In this document: in pieces, positions 1-7,882 of the stretch | Layout of the letters: each line of letters opens with the position of its first letter | Numbering within the stretch: the first letter of the stretch is position 1 | Origin: Opitutales bacterium | Lineage (GTDB): Bacteria; Verrucomicrobiota; Verrucomicrobiia; Opitutales; JABSRG01 | Direction of reading: 5' to 3' | NCBI GenBank assembly: GCA_049599475.1 | Contig: JBMYOQ010000108.1 | Coordinates: 1-11,125, forward strand | Length of the DNA: 11,125 nucleotides | Notes under the pieces: model-generated | Told to the model about the DNA's origin: nothing | What the model saw: only the letters and a program-made list of their open reading frames with translations | The model's database searches: none | Translations under genes and position numbers: made by a program

Positions 1-78
1 CATGCCATAATAGTACAAGGCTTTTATCGATTTATTTGAAGACAGCCCCTAGTATCCCTTTACCCAAACCGCTCTTCT

Positions 79-106
79 GGCACAATTAATAAAGCCTACT
101 TGTGCC
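79..106. promoter_or_regulatory. Perfect 7-bp inverted repeat GGCACAA-N14-TTGTGCC, possible transcription-factor operator upstream of the PEP-CTERM gene
   Basis: GGCACAA at 79-85 and TTGTGCC at 100-106 flank the spacer TTAATAAAGCCTAC in non-coding DNA about 150 bp upstream of the ATG at 260. Function is inferred only. Confidence 0.3.
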
Positions 107-259
107 TTTGATCCAGATTGAGTCTCTTCCGTTTAGTTTACGCCCTTAATGCGAGCATCTGATGAATTGTTCGAATCTGAGACCCCGACAAGCTGGACCT
201 TCGGACGCTCGTTTACGTCCAATTCTAAATACTCGAACTCTCACGAAAGCATCCATCAA

Positions 260-976
260 ATGAACATCAAACCCCTCATCTGCACCGCAGCAATTTGCGG
301 TCTCGCATCAACTGTATCTGCTCAAACCGAACTCACATTTATAAGTGGTGGCTCTGGCAGTAGCCAAACATCCACGATCAGCTATTCTTCTGTGGACGGG
401 TTTGCTACTTCCAACGCATCCACCACTCTCGGTGGCAGCTTCGCGAGCTCCGTCGATTTCAGCTTCGATGTCACCGTAACCGCCTACGATAATATCACGA
501 TCGACGGCAGCAGCCTCAATCTCAACGATAGTGAAGCCACTTTAAACTTCAGAAACGATGGTTGGGCTGTAATCGGCGGCGCGAATGGCAATCGCATCAA
601 TGTTGGGGAAGCTCTCCTCATCACCTTCGACTCCTTCGTAGGAATATCTTCTGTTGAGATGACTGAATTAGGCTCGCGGGCTTGGCTCAACGGAGACGAT
701 GCAGGCCTTTTCCTCACAAGCAACAGTAACACAGCGATCGGCAGTGATCTCATCGGCACCGTATCCAATGGCACCGACAATCAATTCACCATCTCTGAAA
801 CAGTTTCAGAAGGCACCACTTATCTATTCACCGCGATAGACGGTGCGGGCCTACGCCTCGAAGATCTATCTTTCAGCTCAGTGGTAGCCGCCGTCCCAGA
901 GCCATCTACATACGCGCTTCTTTTCGGGGGTGCCATTGCGCTCGGAACAATCGCTGTGCGTCGTCGCCGCAAATAA
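260..976 (+). CDS. Secreted PEP-CTERM sorting-domain surface protein (238 aa), Ser/Thr/Gly-rich
   Basis: The ATG at 260 gives a signal peptide (MNIKPLICTAAICGLASTVSA|Q). The C-terminus VPEPSTYALLFGGAIALGTIAVRRRRK is the canonical PEP motif + TM helix + basic tail recognised by exosortase. The upstream ATG at 149 would bury the signal peptide. Confidence 0.93.
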   Translation: MNIKPLICTAAICGLASTVSAQTELTFISGGSGSSQTSTISYSSVDGFATSNASTTLGGSFASSVDFSFDVTVTAYDNITIDGSSLNLNDSEATLNFRNDGWAVIGGANGNRINVGEALLITFDSFVGISSVEMTELGSRAWLNGDDAGLFLTSNSNTAIGSDLIGTVSNGTDNQFTISETVSEGTTYLFTAIDGAGLRLEDLSFSSVVAAVPEPSTYALLFGGAIALGTIAVRRRRK

Positions 977-998
977 ATCGCATTTCAAATTCGAAAAC

Positions 999-1031
999 AA
1001 AAAGCCTCGGTTTCTCGCCGGGGCTTTTTTT
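999..1031 (+). terminator. Rho-independent terminator after the PEP-CTERM gene
   Basis: AAAAA-GCCTCGG-TTTCTCG-CCGGGGC-TTTTTTT: 7-bp GC-rich stem with one G-U pair on the + strand and a 7-U tail, about 22 nt after the stop codon. Confidence 0.9.
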
Positions 1032-1085
1032 GTATTTCAAAATCGGCGGAATGGCATAGTCAGGAAATCATAATTGGAACGGACT

Positions 1086-1499
1086 ATGACTTTCGAACTG
1101 CACCCCACTTTAGCGAGCGACACCCACATATTACACGAAGGCAGCTCAGCGCACTTGCTTCTGCACAGAAACGCAGTGATTCCCTGGTTCATCCTGGTAC
1201 CCCACACCCAAGAGACCGAACTCTGCAACCTCGAGCCCGAGACATACAGCATCACTCTGGATCGTTGCCGTGTAATTTCTAAGTGGATACAAAAAGAATT
1301 TTTATGCAAAAAGGTGAATTTCGGGGCCATCGGCAATCTAGTGCCCCAAATGCATCTTCATATGGTTGGTCGTTCGGAAAACGATGAATGTTGGCCGAAA
1401 CCGGTCTGGGGGAATCTCGAAACATTCAGGGCTTACTCAGAGAAAGAGGTTGAGGATATTAAGCTAGCGATAGCTCAATTCTTTTATACCGATTCATAG
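1086..1499 (+). CDS. HIT-like family protein (putative nucleotide hydrolase), 137 aa
   Basis: N-terminus MTFELHPTLASDT and motifs PWFILVP, KVNFGAIGNLVPQMHLHMVGR and WPKPVWG are typical of the bacterial HIT-like subfamily. The ATG at 1086 is preferred over the TTG at 1074. Confidence 0.88.
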   Translation: MTFELHPTLASDTHILHEGSSAHLLLHRNAVIPWFILVPHTQETELCNLEPETYSITLDRCRVISKWIQKEFLCKKVNFGAIGNLVPQMHLHMVGRSENDECWPKPVWGNLETFRAYSEKEVEDIKLAIAQFFYTDS

Positions 1500-1618
1500 C
1501 GGATCTCCGGACGATCGAGGGGTTCCGGCTACAGAACTCGAGCATCCTCGCAAGGATTTTGAAATATTCTGTAATAAATCTGCGGCTTCGACACTGATAA
1601 GGGCAAAACACCCTCGGT

Positions 1619-2125
1619 ATGCCTTCGAATCGCGAACAGACTTTCCATATATGGCTCAAGCGCCATGAAGCCCTTTTGTATAAGGTGATACACAGCTTTG
1701 CGCAGAGCCAAGAAGACAAGCGCGAACTCTTCAGCGAAATTCTTTACCAAATCTGGCTGTCCATTCCTAACTTCGAGGGACGGTCATCGGAAACTACCTG
1801 GATCTACCGAGTAGCCTTCAATTCCGCCATGAGCTGGAAACGCCGCAACCAAAAGCAGGCTCAAAGATGGCGAAGCTTGGACGGGCTCCAGTCAGCAGAA
1901 CTGGCTATCGAGAGCAGTAGCCCTGACCCGAGACTCAAAGCTTTATATTCAGCCATCCACAAACTCTCAGATAGCTATGCTAGCTTGATAATCATGCACT
2001 TGGACGGGCTGAGCTATCAGGAGATGTCAGACATTTCCGGTATCACTACCAGCCATGTTGGCGTTAAAATTAATCGTGCTAAAAAACAATTAGCGGACCT
2101 CATGAAAGGAACCGAAAATGAGTGA
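1619..2125 (+). CDS. ECF-type RNA polymerase sigma-70 factor
   Basis: Region 2 (ELFSEILYQIWLSIPNFEGRSSETTWIYRVAFN) and region 4.2 HTH (LDGLSYQEMSDISGITTSHVGVKINRAKKQL); 168 aa with no region 3. Confidence 0.93.
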   Translation: MPSNREQTFHIWLKRHEALLYKVIHSFAQSQEDKRELFSEILYQIWLSIPNFEGRSSETTWIYRVAFNSAMSWKRRNQKQAQRWRSLDGLQSAELAIESSSPDPRLKALYSAIHKLSDSYASLIIMHLDGLSYQEMSDISGITTSHVGVKINRAKKQLADLMKGTENE

Positions 2126-2705
2126 TCTAGAAAACCTCTGGAAAAACCAATCCACCGCGATCGGAATCGAAAAAATCGATATCGCGAAAACCACCAAGGA
2201 GCTTCAACAGAGGCACCAAAAGCTCCAGAAAACGCTCTTTTGGCGAGATTTCCGAGAAGTGGGAGTATGCATCCTACTAATTCCCATCTGGATCACACTC
2301 GGCCTTTCGAAAAATGCACTCTGGAGCTGGTATTTAATGATCCCAATTTTAGTCTTCGTCGGCGGATTCATGCTCCATGGGCGATCAAAGAATAAGACGA
2401 ATCAGACTACTTGGGGAGACTCCCTCGTAGAAGGTCTAGAAAAGGCAATACGCGATCTCGATTATCAAATCTGGCTACTAAAGAACGTAGCCATCTGGTA
2501 TCTTGGCCCATTAGGACTCGGACTCGTTATCAACGATGTGCATTTGTATTTTCTCGGCCAACAGAGCCTCAACAGCACGCTCGGTAGTACGCTATTTGTC
2601 TTTTTCCTTTACCTCGCAATCTGGTGGGCCAATCAGCTCGCAGCCAAAAATTCCCTCGAGCCCCATAGAGATTCCCTGAGGAATACACTTAATGAGCTCC
2701 GGTAA
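2118..2705 (+). CDS. Membrane protein with about 4 TM helices, putative anti-sigma factor for the upstream ECF
   Basis: Overlaps the ECF gene by 8 nt. N-terminal LENLWKNQ resembles the L..lW.. start common in ECF-associated membrane proteins. Four hydrophobic segments: VGVCILLIPIWITLGL, LWSWYLMIPILVFVGGFML, VAIWYLGPLGLGLVI, LFVFFLYLAIWWA. Confidence 0.75.
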   Translation: MSDLENLWKNQSTAIGIEKIDIAKTTKELQQRHQKLQKTLFWRDFREVGVCILLIPIWITLGLSKNALWSWYLMIPILVFVGGFMLHGRSKNKTNQTTWGDSLVEGLEKAIRDLDYQIWLLKNVAIWYLGPLGLGLVINDVHLYFLGQQSLNSTLGSTLFVFFLYLAIWWANQLAAKNSLEPHRDSLRNTLNELR

Positions 2706-2785
2706 AGACACGGGCATTGCACATTTCAGGATTCCAAGTCTCTTTGTAAGGCGCCGTGATGCAGAATAATCTACCAGCCTGATCC

Positions 2786-3244
2786 ATGAGAGCCGTTATC
2801 CAAAGAGTCACTTCAGCGAATTGCCGTGTCGATGGCGAGAGCACCGGTGAGATCGGCCCAGGGCTCTTAGTATTTCTTGGGGTTGAAGATGCCGACAATG
2901 ATGACGACCTGAAATGGCTCGCTCAGAAGCTGATCAACATGCGCATATTTCCAGACTCCGAAGGAAAAATGAATATGAGCGTCAGCGATATTGACCAGGG
3001 AGGCATCCTCGTCATTTCCCAATTCACCTTGTTTGGCAGCATGAAGAAGGGAACACGCCCCTCGTTCAATCGCGCGGGTAGCCCGACATATGCCCAAGAC
3101 ATGTATGAAAAATTCGTCGCCCATCTGAGAAACGTATTCGGGGGAAAGGTCGCGACAGGTCAATTCGCGGCAGATATGAAGATCGAGGCCCACAACGATG
3201 GTCCCGTCACCTTGATCTTGGATACCAAGCAGCGAGAATTCTAA
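2786..3244 (+). CDS. dtd: D-aminoacyl-tRNA deacylase
   Basis: MRAVIQRV start, SQFTL motif, RPSF motif and C-terminal NDGPVT (Gly-cisPro motif). Confidence 0.97.
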   Translation: MRAVIQRVTSANCRVDGESTGEIGPGLLVFLGVEDADNDDDLKWLAQKLINMRIFPDSEGKMNMSVSDIDQGGILVISQFTLFGSMKKGTRPSFNRAGSPTYAQDMYEKFVAHLRNVFGGKVATGQFAADMKIEAHNDGPVTLILDTKQREF

Positions 3245-3819
3245 TGAAACACAGACAGCTCCCCGAAGCGGGTGCACTCATCGGCCCCGAATATTTAAGC
3301 GGCGATACCCTAGAAGTCACACGCTCTTTGCTCGGGCAATATCTCTGCCGCACTTTGCCCGATGGCAACACCGCGCGCTGGCCGATCTGCGAAGTAGAAG
3401 CCTACGACGGCATCGAAGACAAGGCCTGCCATGCGCACCGCGGAAAGACTCCCAGAAACGCAGTCATGTTTGGCCCCGCGGGCATCTGGTATGTTTACCT
3501 CTGCTATGGTGTCCATGAACTCCTGAACATTGTCACCGGTCCCAAAGACTACCCGGCTGCAGCCCTCATTCGCGGAGCGGGTGGAGTCTACGGCCCTGGC
3601 AGGCTGACCAAAGCCCTCGGGATTGATCGGAATCTAAACACTCGGCCCGCCTCGCCGAGCTCCAGGCTCTGGATCGAATCGTCTGGAACCCCACTCCCAC
3701 AGACCGAAATCGAAACCACTCCTAGAATCGGCATCGATGGCGCTGGGCCTGAGTGGGCCGCCAAACCCTACCGTTTCTGGGTCCCACCCAAGCGGTATCA
3801 GCGCGTATTCACCGGCTAA
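3244..3819 (+). CDS. mpg: DNA-3-methyladenine glycosylase (AAG/MPG family)
   Basis: Motifs ICEVEAY, DKACHA, MFGPAGIWYVYLCYGVH, LIRG, GPGRLTKALGI, TPRIGI and PYRF. The start overlaps the dtd stop (TAATG). Confidence 0.95.
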   Translation: MKHRQLPEAGALIGPEYLSGDTLEVTRSLLGQYLCRTLPDGNTARWPICEVEAYDGIEDKACHAHRGKTPRNAVMFGPAGIWYVYLCYGVHELLNIVTGPKDYPAAALIRGAGGVYGPGRLTKALGIDRNLNTRPASPSSRLWIESSGTPLPQTEIETTPRIGIDGAGPEWAAKPYRFWVPPKRYQRVFTG

Positions 3820-3905
3820 TGGGTTACATTCCGCGTATCGGCCAGTTTTTGAATTGCGTGCTTTTGGCAGCCCACCTCTAATGCGCAAACTTTTTTGTAC
3901 AGACT

Positions 3906-5102
3906 ATGATAGTAAAGCCGAAGATCCGCTCATTCGTTTGTCTCACCGCTCACCCGGAAGGTTGTGCTGCTCACGTAAAGGAGCAAATCGCCATCGCTAA
4001 GGCAGCTGAGCCTGCTAAGGACGGTCCCAAGAACGTGCTCGTGATTGGTGCGTCGACCGGCTACGGACTTTCGACCCGTATTACATCTGCCTTCACTTAT
4101 GGCGCTAAAACACTCGGCCTGTTCTTCGAGCGCCCATCCATGAAGGGGAAGCCCGCATCGGCAGGTTGGTATAACTCAGCCGCCTTCGAGAAAGAAGCCG
4201 AGGCAGCCGGGCTTTACGCAAAGAGCTTAAATGGAGACGCCTTTTCCAACGAGATGAAGGAAAAAGCGATCGAGCTCATCAAAGAGGACATGGGCCAGGT
4301 AGACCTCGTCATCTACAGCCTCGCTTCGCCACGCCGCACCGACCCGCGCACCGGCGAGACTTACAAGTCCACTCTCAAACCCGTCGGCGCTCCTTTCTCC
4401 GCCAAAAACCTCGATACCGATAAGAAGCTCATCAATGAGGTCTCCCTTGAGCCTGCATCTGAGGACGAAATTCAATCGACCATCAAGGTAATGGGTGGCG
4501 AAGACTGGGAGCTTTGGATGGAAGCCCTCCTCGGCGCTGGTGTATTGGCGAAGGGCTGCAAGACTGTCGCCTACTCTTACCTTGGCCCCGAAGTCACTTA
4601 CCCAATTTATAAAAAGGGCACCATTGGCCTCGCGAAGGACGATCTAGACCGCGCCGTAAAGCACATCCAAGAAGTGATGGATTCTGTCGACGGCAGCGCG
4701 TATGTATCCGTCAACAAGGCCGTCGTCACTCAGGCCAGCTCGGCAATTCCGGTGGTGCCTCTTTACGTATCAATCCTTTTCAAGATAATGAAGGCGAAGG
4801 GCACGCACGAAGACACCATCGAACAAATGGTGCGCCTGCTCAAGGATCACCTCTACTCCGGCAAAGAACTCGAGCTCGACGAAGCCAATCGCATCCGCGT
4901 AGACGACTGGGAAATGGATTCCGACGTGCAGGCAGAGATCTCCGGCATCTGGCACCAAGTCAGCACGGACAATCTGCTCGAGCTCTCAGATTTCCCCGGC
5001 TACCAGGCAAACTTCCTGAAGCTCTTTGGCTTCGGAATCGAAGGAGTCGACTACGACGCTGACGTGGAAGTCGAAATACCCATCCCCAGTCTCGAGGGGT
5101 AG
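3906..5102 (+). CDS. fabV: Enoyl-[acyl-carrier-protein] reductase FabV / trans-2-enoyl-CoA reductase
   Basis: N-terminal KPKIRSFVCLTAHPEGC, Rossmann motif VLVIGASTGYGL, SAGWYN, YSLASP, KVMGGEDW, catalytic Y-x8-K (YKKGTIGLAK), KAVVTQASSAIP and C-terminal FLKLFGF. Confidence 0.96.
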   Translation: MIVKPKIRSFVCLTAHPEGCAAHVKEQIAIAKAAEPAKDGPKNVLVIGASTGYGLSTRITSAFTYGAKTLGLFFERPSMKGKPASAGWYNSAAFEKEAEAAGLYAKSLNGDAFSNEMKEKAIELIKEDMGQVDLVIYSLASPRRTDPRTGETYKSTLKPVGAPFSAKNLDTDKKLINEVSLEPASEDEIQSTIKVMGGEDWELWMEALLGAGVLAKGCKTVAYSYLGPEVTYPIYKKGTIGLAKDDLDRAVKHIQEVMDSVDGSAYVSVNKAVVTQASSAIPVVPLYVSILFKIMKAKGTHEDTIEQMVRLLKDHLYSGKELELDEANRIRVDDWEMDSDVQAEISGIWHQVSTDNLLELSDFPGYQANFLKLFGFGIEGVDYDADVEVEIPIPSLEG

Positions 5103-5182
5103 TTACCTTCGGACGCTTACACGCCTCTCTTTTTGTAGGGGAATCGCCAATGAGCCCTGGCGGGCCTAAACACAGTCAACAA

Positions 5183-7468
5183 TCATCCTTCCTTCGCTAC
5201 CGTGCGCGGAAGGGTGAATAAGAAGCATGTACCTTCTTCCCATTTTGATGTAATTTTGAGTTCTCCGCCGAGCTTTTCAGTGCACTCTTTTACTGCTGAT
5301 AGCCCATAGCCACGACCCGAGTGACCATTCACGGAATTTCGCGAGGAGAAGGCCGGATGCAATAGCACACTGAGCAATCGGCCTTCGGATACCGAACCGA
5401 CCTCCGCTTGGCTGATGATATTTTGTTCAAGGGCGAGGTCTTCGATGCGGCTCAAATCAACACCGGCACCATCATCTGTAATTTCAACCTGGATACATTC
5501 AGAAGCTTTCGAAAGCCGCACTAAGACATTTCCCCGAGCACCCTTTCCTAAATCCTGGCGCGTATCTGCTTCTTCGATACCATGATCAACGGCGTTCCTA
5601 AAAACATGGATAAGAGTTTTAGCCCACTCTCGATAGGCATCTGCATCAACCAACATGTCTTCACCGGTGCAGCGAACACTATTAATCTGCTTACCTAGTT
5701 TTTTCGCAAAGAGTTCAAGGCCCCGCGCCGAACTCAGGATCAGTTCTGAAAGAGGCGCCTGAGTCGAAGGCCTTAACTGTTGCAATAACGAATCCTTACC
5801 AGGGAATTCTGGAGCGAGTTCGATTAGACGGCAAACCTCAGCGATTTCTGTATCTCGATTCGTCGAACCCGAATCGGTCAATATATCATAATGCAACACT
5901 GAACGAAGAACATCTAGGTCTGCCTGCGTATACTGCTCGATTCTGAGATTGTTGAGTTTCTCCTGAATTTCGACTAAGGGTAAATTATAGAATTTCCATT
6001 TATCGATTTCGCTTTCCAATTGATGCAATTTCTCAGCGGTATCCTTGAAATAGAACTGACCAAACAAACCTTTGAATGTATGGATTTTACGATACAAATC
6101 ATCGAGAATATTTGTTTTCTCAAACTCATCCTCATCAATAGCGAGCCCCATGATGGAAAACTGGATATAGTCCGCTAAAAGCTCTCGCAAATCGGCCTGA
6201 TCCTTGAGCGCATATACCACCATTTTTAGCTGATCTCGCTCAGAGGCGATTTCCTTCTCGAGGCGCACCTGTTCGGTGAGGTCCCCAATAATGAGCATAA
6301 TCGTTTCGTTATCCAAATAACGATATTCCAGGTTCAAACTCAACCCAGCACGTGAAACGCTATTCGGTAAGAGCTCGATCATCATTTCGCGGTTCACTGG
6401 ATTTGTCTCAGAAAAAACGAGTTCAAGCGAATCACGAAACGCGGAGGAATCCGAAGCCTCTTCGAAAATGGCCTCAGATATGGGCTTATCCGCAAACCCT
6501 TTCCCAAGCATACGTTCACAGGCTTGAGAGTATTCAGCTTCTATTTTTTCATTCCTGCAAAATGAGAGGAACCCATCGGTCGAATTATCGAGAAGAGTCG
6601 CAATTTTCTCACTGCGTTCCTGGATACGCTGCAAGGCGTTTTCAATGGTACCCTTCGCCTTTTCAAGGGAGCGGTAGTCCTTCTCTAGAACGTCTGTAAA
6701 TGTATTAAAGCGCGAAACGAGCGTGCCCAACTCGTCTTCAGTCTGCGCCTCAAGCCGTTGACTAAAATCCGGTTTTCCCGAGGAAAGCTGTTGGATCGAC
6801 TCAAGGATCTGAACAATCGAACGTCGGGTGGACAGAGAAATGGTTGTTGCGATGTAAATAACCACGACGAAGAGCAACAGACCAATGCCCGCACCTTGCA
6901 GGAGAACCCGGGTCTGACGGTCATTGATCGTCCTAACAGCTTGGTCAAAAGCCGCCTGTTCGGCATCACGAAACTCCTGGAGCAACTGTCGAGTCGCCTC
7001 CACTGTGTTCTCCATCTGAGGCACGATTTCAACAAAGACCCGATCATCGATCTCCCCGCCACTGATAAGTGCGTTGGATAGTCGGCTCGCAGACTCGAAA
7101 TATGCCAAAAACGAGTCTTCTACGACGCCCAGTCTCGATCCCAACCTGGAGGGATCGAGTGCTTCGAGCTGACTCAAGCTAAGTAGAAATGCTTTCTTCT
7201 GCTGTTCGGCCTCCGCCAGCCACGCGGGCTCACCCGCCTCTACAGTGTCCTGGAAAGTACCCACAACCTCTTCGAAGAGAAGTACATGCAGCCCCGCTTT
7301 CTCGGTAATCGGAATGAATGACTCGCGAAGCCCTTCGAGCTCATCGATACTGCCTTGCTGCTCATTGAAGATGTAGAACGAAAACAGGAGGAACAGAAAC
7401 AGAGCCGCTCCGGGAGCCAGGAGCATTTTGTGAAAGATACTCAGCTTCGCCAATGGCTTCGCACTCAT
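5183..7468 (-). CDS. Membrane-bound CheA-like (class III-type) histidine kinase: TM1-periplasmic helical sensor-TM2-HAMP-PAS-like-Hpt-HATPase, no CheW domain
   Basis: TM1 at about aa 14-34 and TM2 at about aa 188-210. HAMP motif DFSQRL...DELGTLVSRFN. PAS-like LLDNSTDGFLSF...EYSQACERMLG. Hpt LYRKIHTFKG (H463, codon 6080-6082). CheA-type N box LIHVFRNAVDHGIE, G1 box DDGAGVD, G2 box FSS...SGRGYGL. The protein ends 7 aa after GTCFLFTLP. Confidence 0.88.
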   Translation of the reverse strand: MSAKPLAKLSIFHKMLLAPGAALFLFLLFSFYIFNEQQGSIDELEGLRESFIPITEKAGLHVLLFEEVVGTFQDTVEAGEPAWLAEAEQQKKAFLLSLSQLEALDPSRLGSRLGVVEDSFLAYFESASRLSNALISGGEIDDRVFVEIVPQMENTVEATRQLLQEFRDAEQAAFDQAVRTINDRQTRVLLQGAGIGLLLFVVVIYIATTISLSTRRSIVQILESIQQLSSGKPDFSQRLEAQTEDELGTLVSRFNTFTDVLEKDYRSLEKAKGTIENALQRIQERSEKIATLLDNSTDGFLSFCRNEKIEAEYSQACERMLGKGFADKPISEAIFEEASDSSAFRDSLELVFSETNPVNREMMIELLPNSVSRAGLSLNLEYRYLDNETIMLIIGDLTEQVRLEKEIASERDQLKMVVYALKDQADLRELLADYIQFSIMGLAIDEDEFEKTNILDDLYRKIHTFKGLFGQFYFKDTAEKLHQLESEIDKWKFYNLPLVEIQEKLNNLRIEQYTQADLDVLRSVLHYDILTDSGSTNRDTEIAEVCRLIELAPEFPGKDSLLQQLRPSTQAPLSELILSSARGLELFAKKLGKQINSVRCTGEDMLVDADAYREWAKTLIHVFRNAVDHGIEEADTRQDLGKGARGNVLVRLSKASECIQVEITDDGAGVDLSRIEDLALEQNIISQAEVGSVSEGRLLSVLLHPAFSSRNSVNGHSGRGYGLSAVKECTEKLGGELKITSKWEEGTCFLFTLPRTVAKEG

Positions 7469-7495
7469 GAGCTGTTTTCTAAGATTCGAAAGGGA

Positions 7496-7873
7496 TCAAG
7501 AAATACGGGAGACCACCTGGTCTATCTGCTCCACCAGTTTCTCCTCCGTGATCGGTTTCAATAAATAACCTTTGGCACCCACATGAATGGCTTTGATAAC
7601 CTTCTGCTGATGTCCGTGAGATGTGATCATCATAATGACTGCATCCGGGTAATCCCTGACAATACGCTTGGTTGCCTCGATGCCATCGATGTCGGGCATC
7701 GTAATATCCATAGTCACCAGATCGGGCAAATGCTCTCCATACAGCTCGACGGCCTGACGCCCGTCATCCGCGACAGCGATCACTCGGTGACCCAGTTTTT
7801 CAAGCATTGCCTTGAGCTTATTTCTTGTGAGCCCCGAGTCCTCGACAATCATGATATTGAGTGCTTCGTTCAT
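7496..7873 (-). CDS. Single-domain response regulator (CheY-like receiver)
   Basis: Acidic pocket IMIVEDS, phospho-acceptor PDLVTMDITMP, MMITS and YLLKP motifs; 125 aa with no output domain. Confidence 0.93.
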   Translation of the reverse strand: MNEALNIMIVEDSGLTRNKLKAMLEKLGHRVIAVADDGRQAVELYGEHLPDLVTMDITMPDIDGIEATKRIVRDYPDAVIMMITSHGHQQKVIKAIHVGAKGYLLKPITEEKLVEQIDQVVSRIS

Positions 7874-7882
7874 CAGAATCCG

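Noticed and set aside
78..95. TGGCAC resembling a sigma54 -24 box upstream of the PEP-CTERM gene
   Set aside because: There is no GC at the -12 position (it reads TGGCACAATTAATAAA). On the opposite strand the GG-to-GC spacing is 9 nt, not the required 10.
197..209. 13-mer ACCTTCGGACGCT repeated exactly at 5105-5117
   Set aside because: About one 13-bp match is expected by chance in 11 kb. The flanks do not extend the match and no stem forms around the CTTCGG.
149..259. 37-aa N-terminal extension of the PEP-CTERM ORF from the ATG at 149
   Set aside because: It is hydrophilic and would bury the clear signal peptide that begins at the ATG at 260; more likely a 5' UTR.
3854..3882. Sigma70-like TTGCGT-N17-TCTAAT upstream of fabV
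   Set aside because: The spacing is right, but the -10 lacks the highly conserved A at -11; too weak to call.
5103..5182. Expected bidirectional terminator between convergent fabV and the kinase gene
   Set aside because: Only weak 4-5 bp hairpins (e.g. GCCC-TGGC-GGGC) are present, with no properly placed U tract.
5183..7468. Calling the kinase canonical cheA and the locus a standard chemotaxis operon
   Set aside because: The protein has TM helices, an internal Hpt and no CheW domain, and there is no MCP, CheW, CheR or CheB in the unit.
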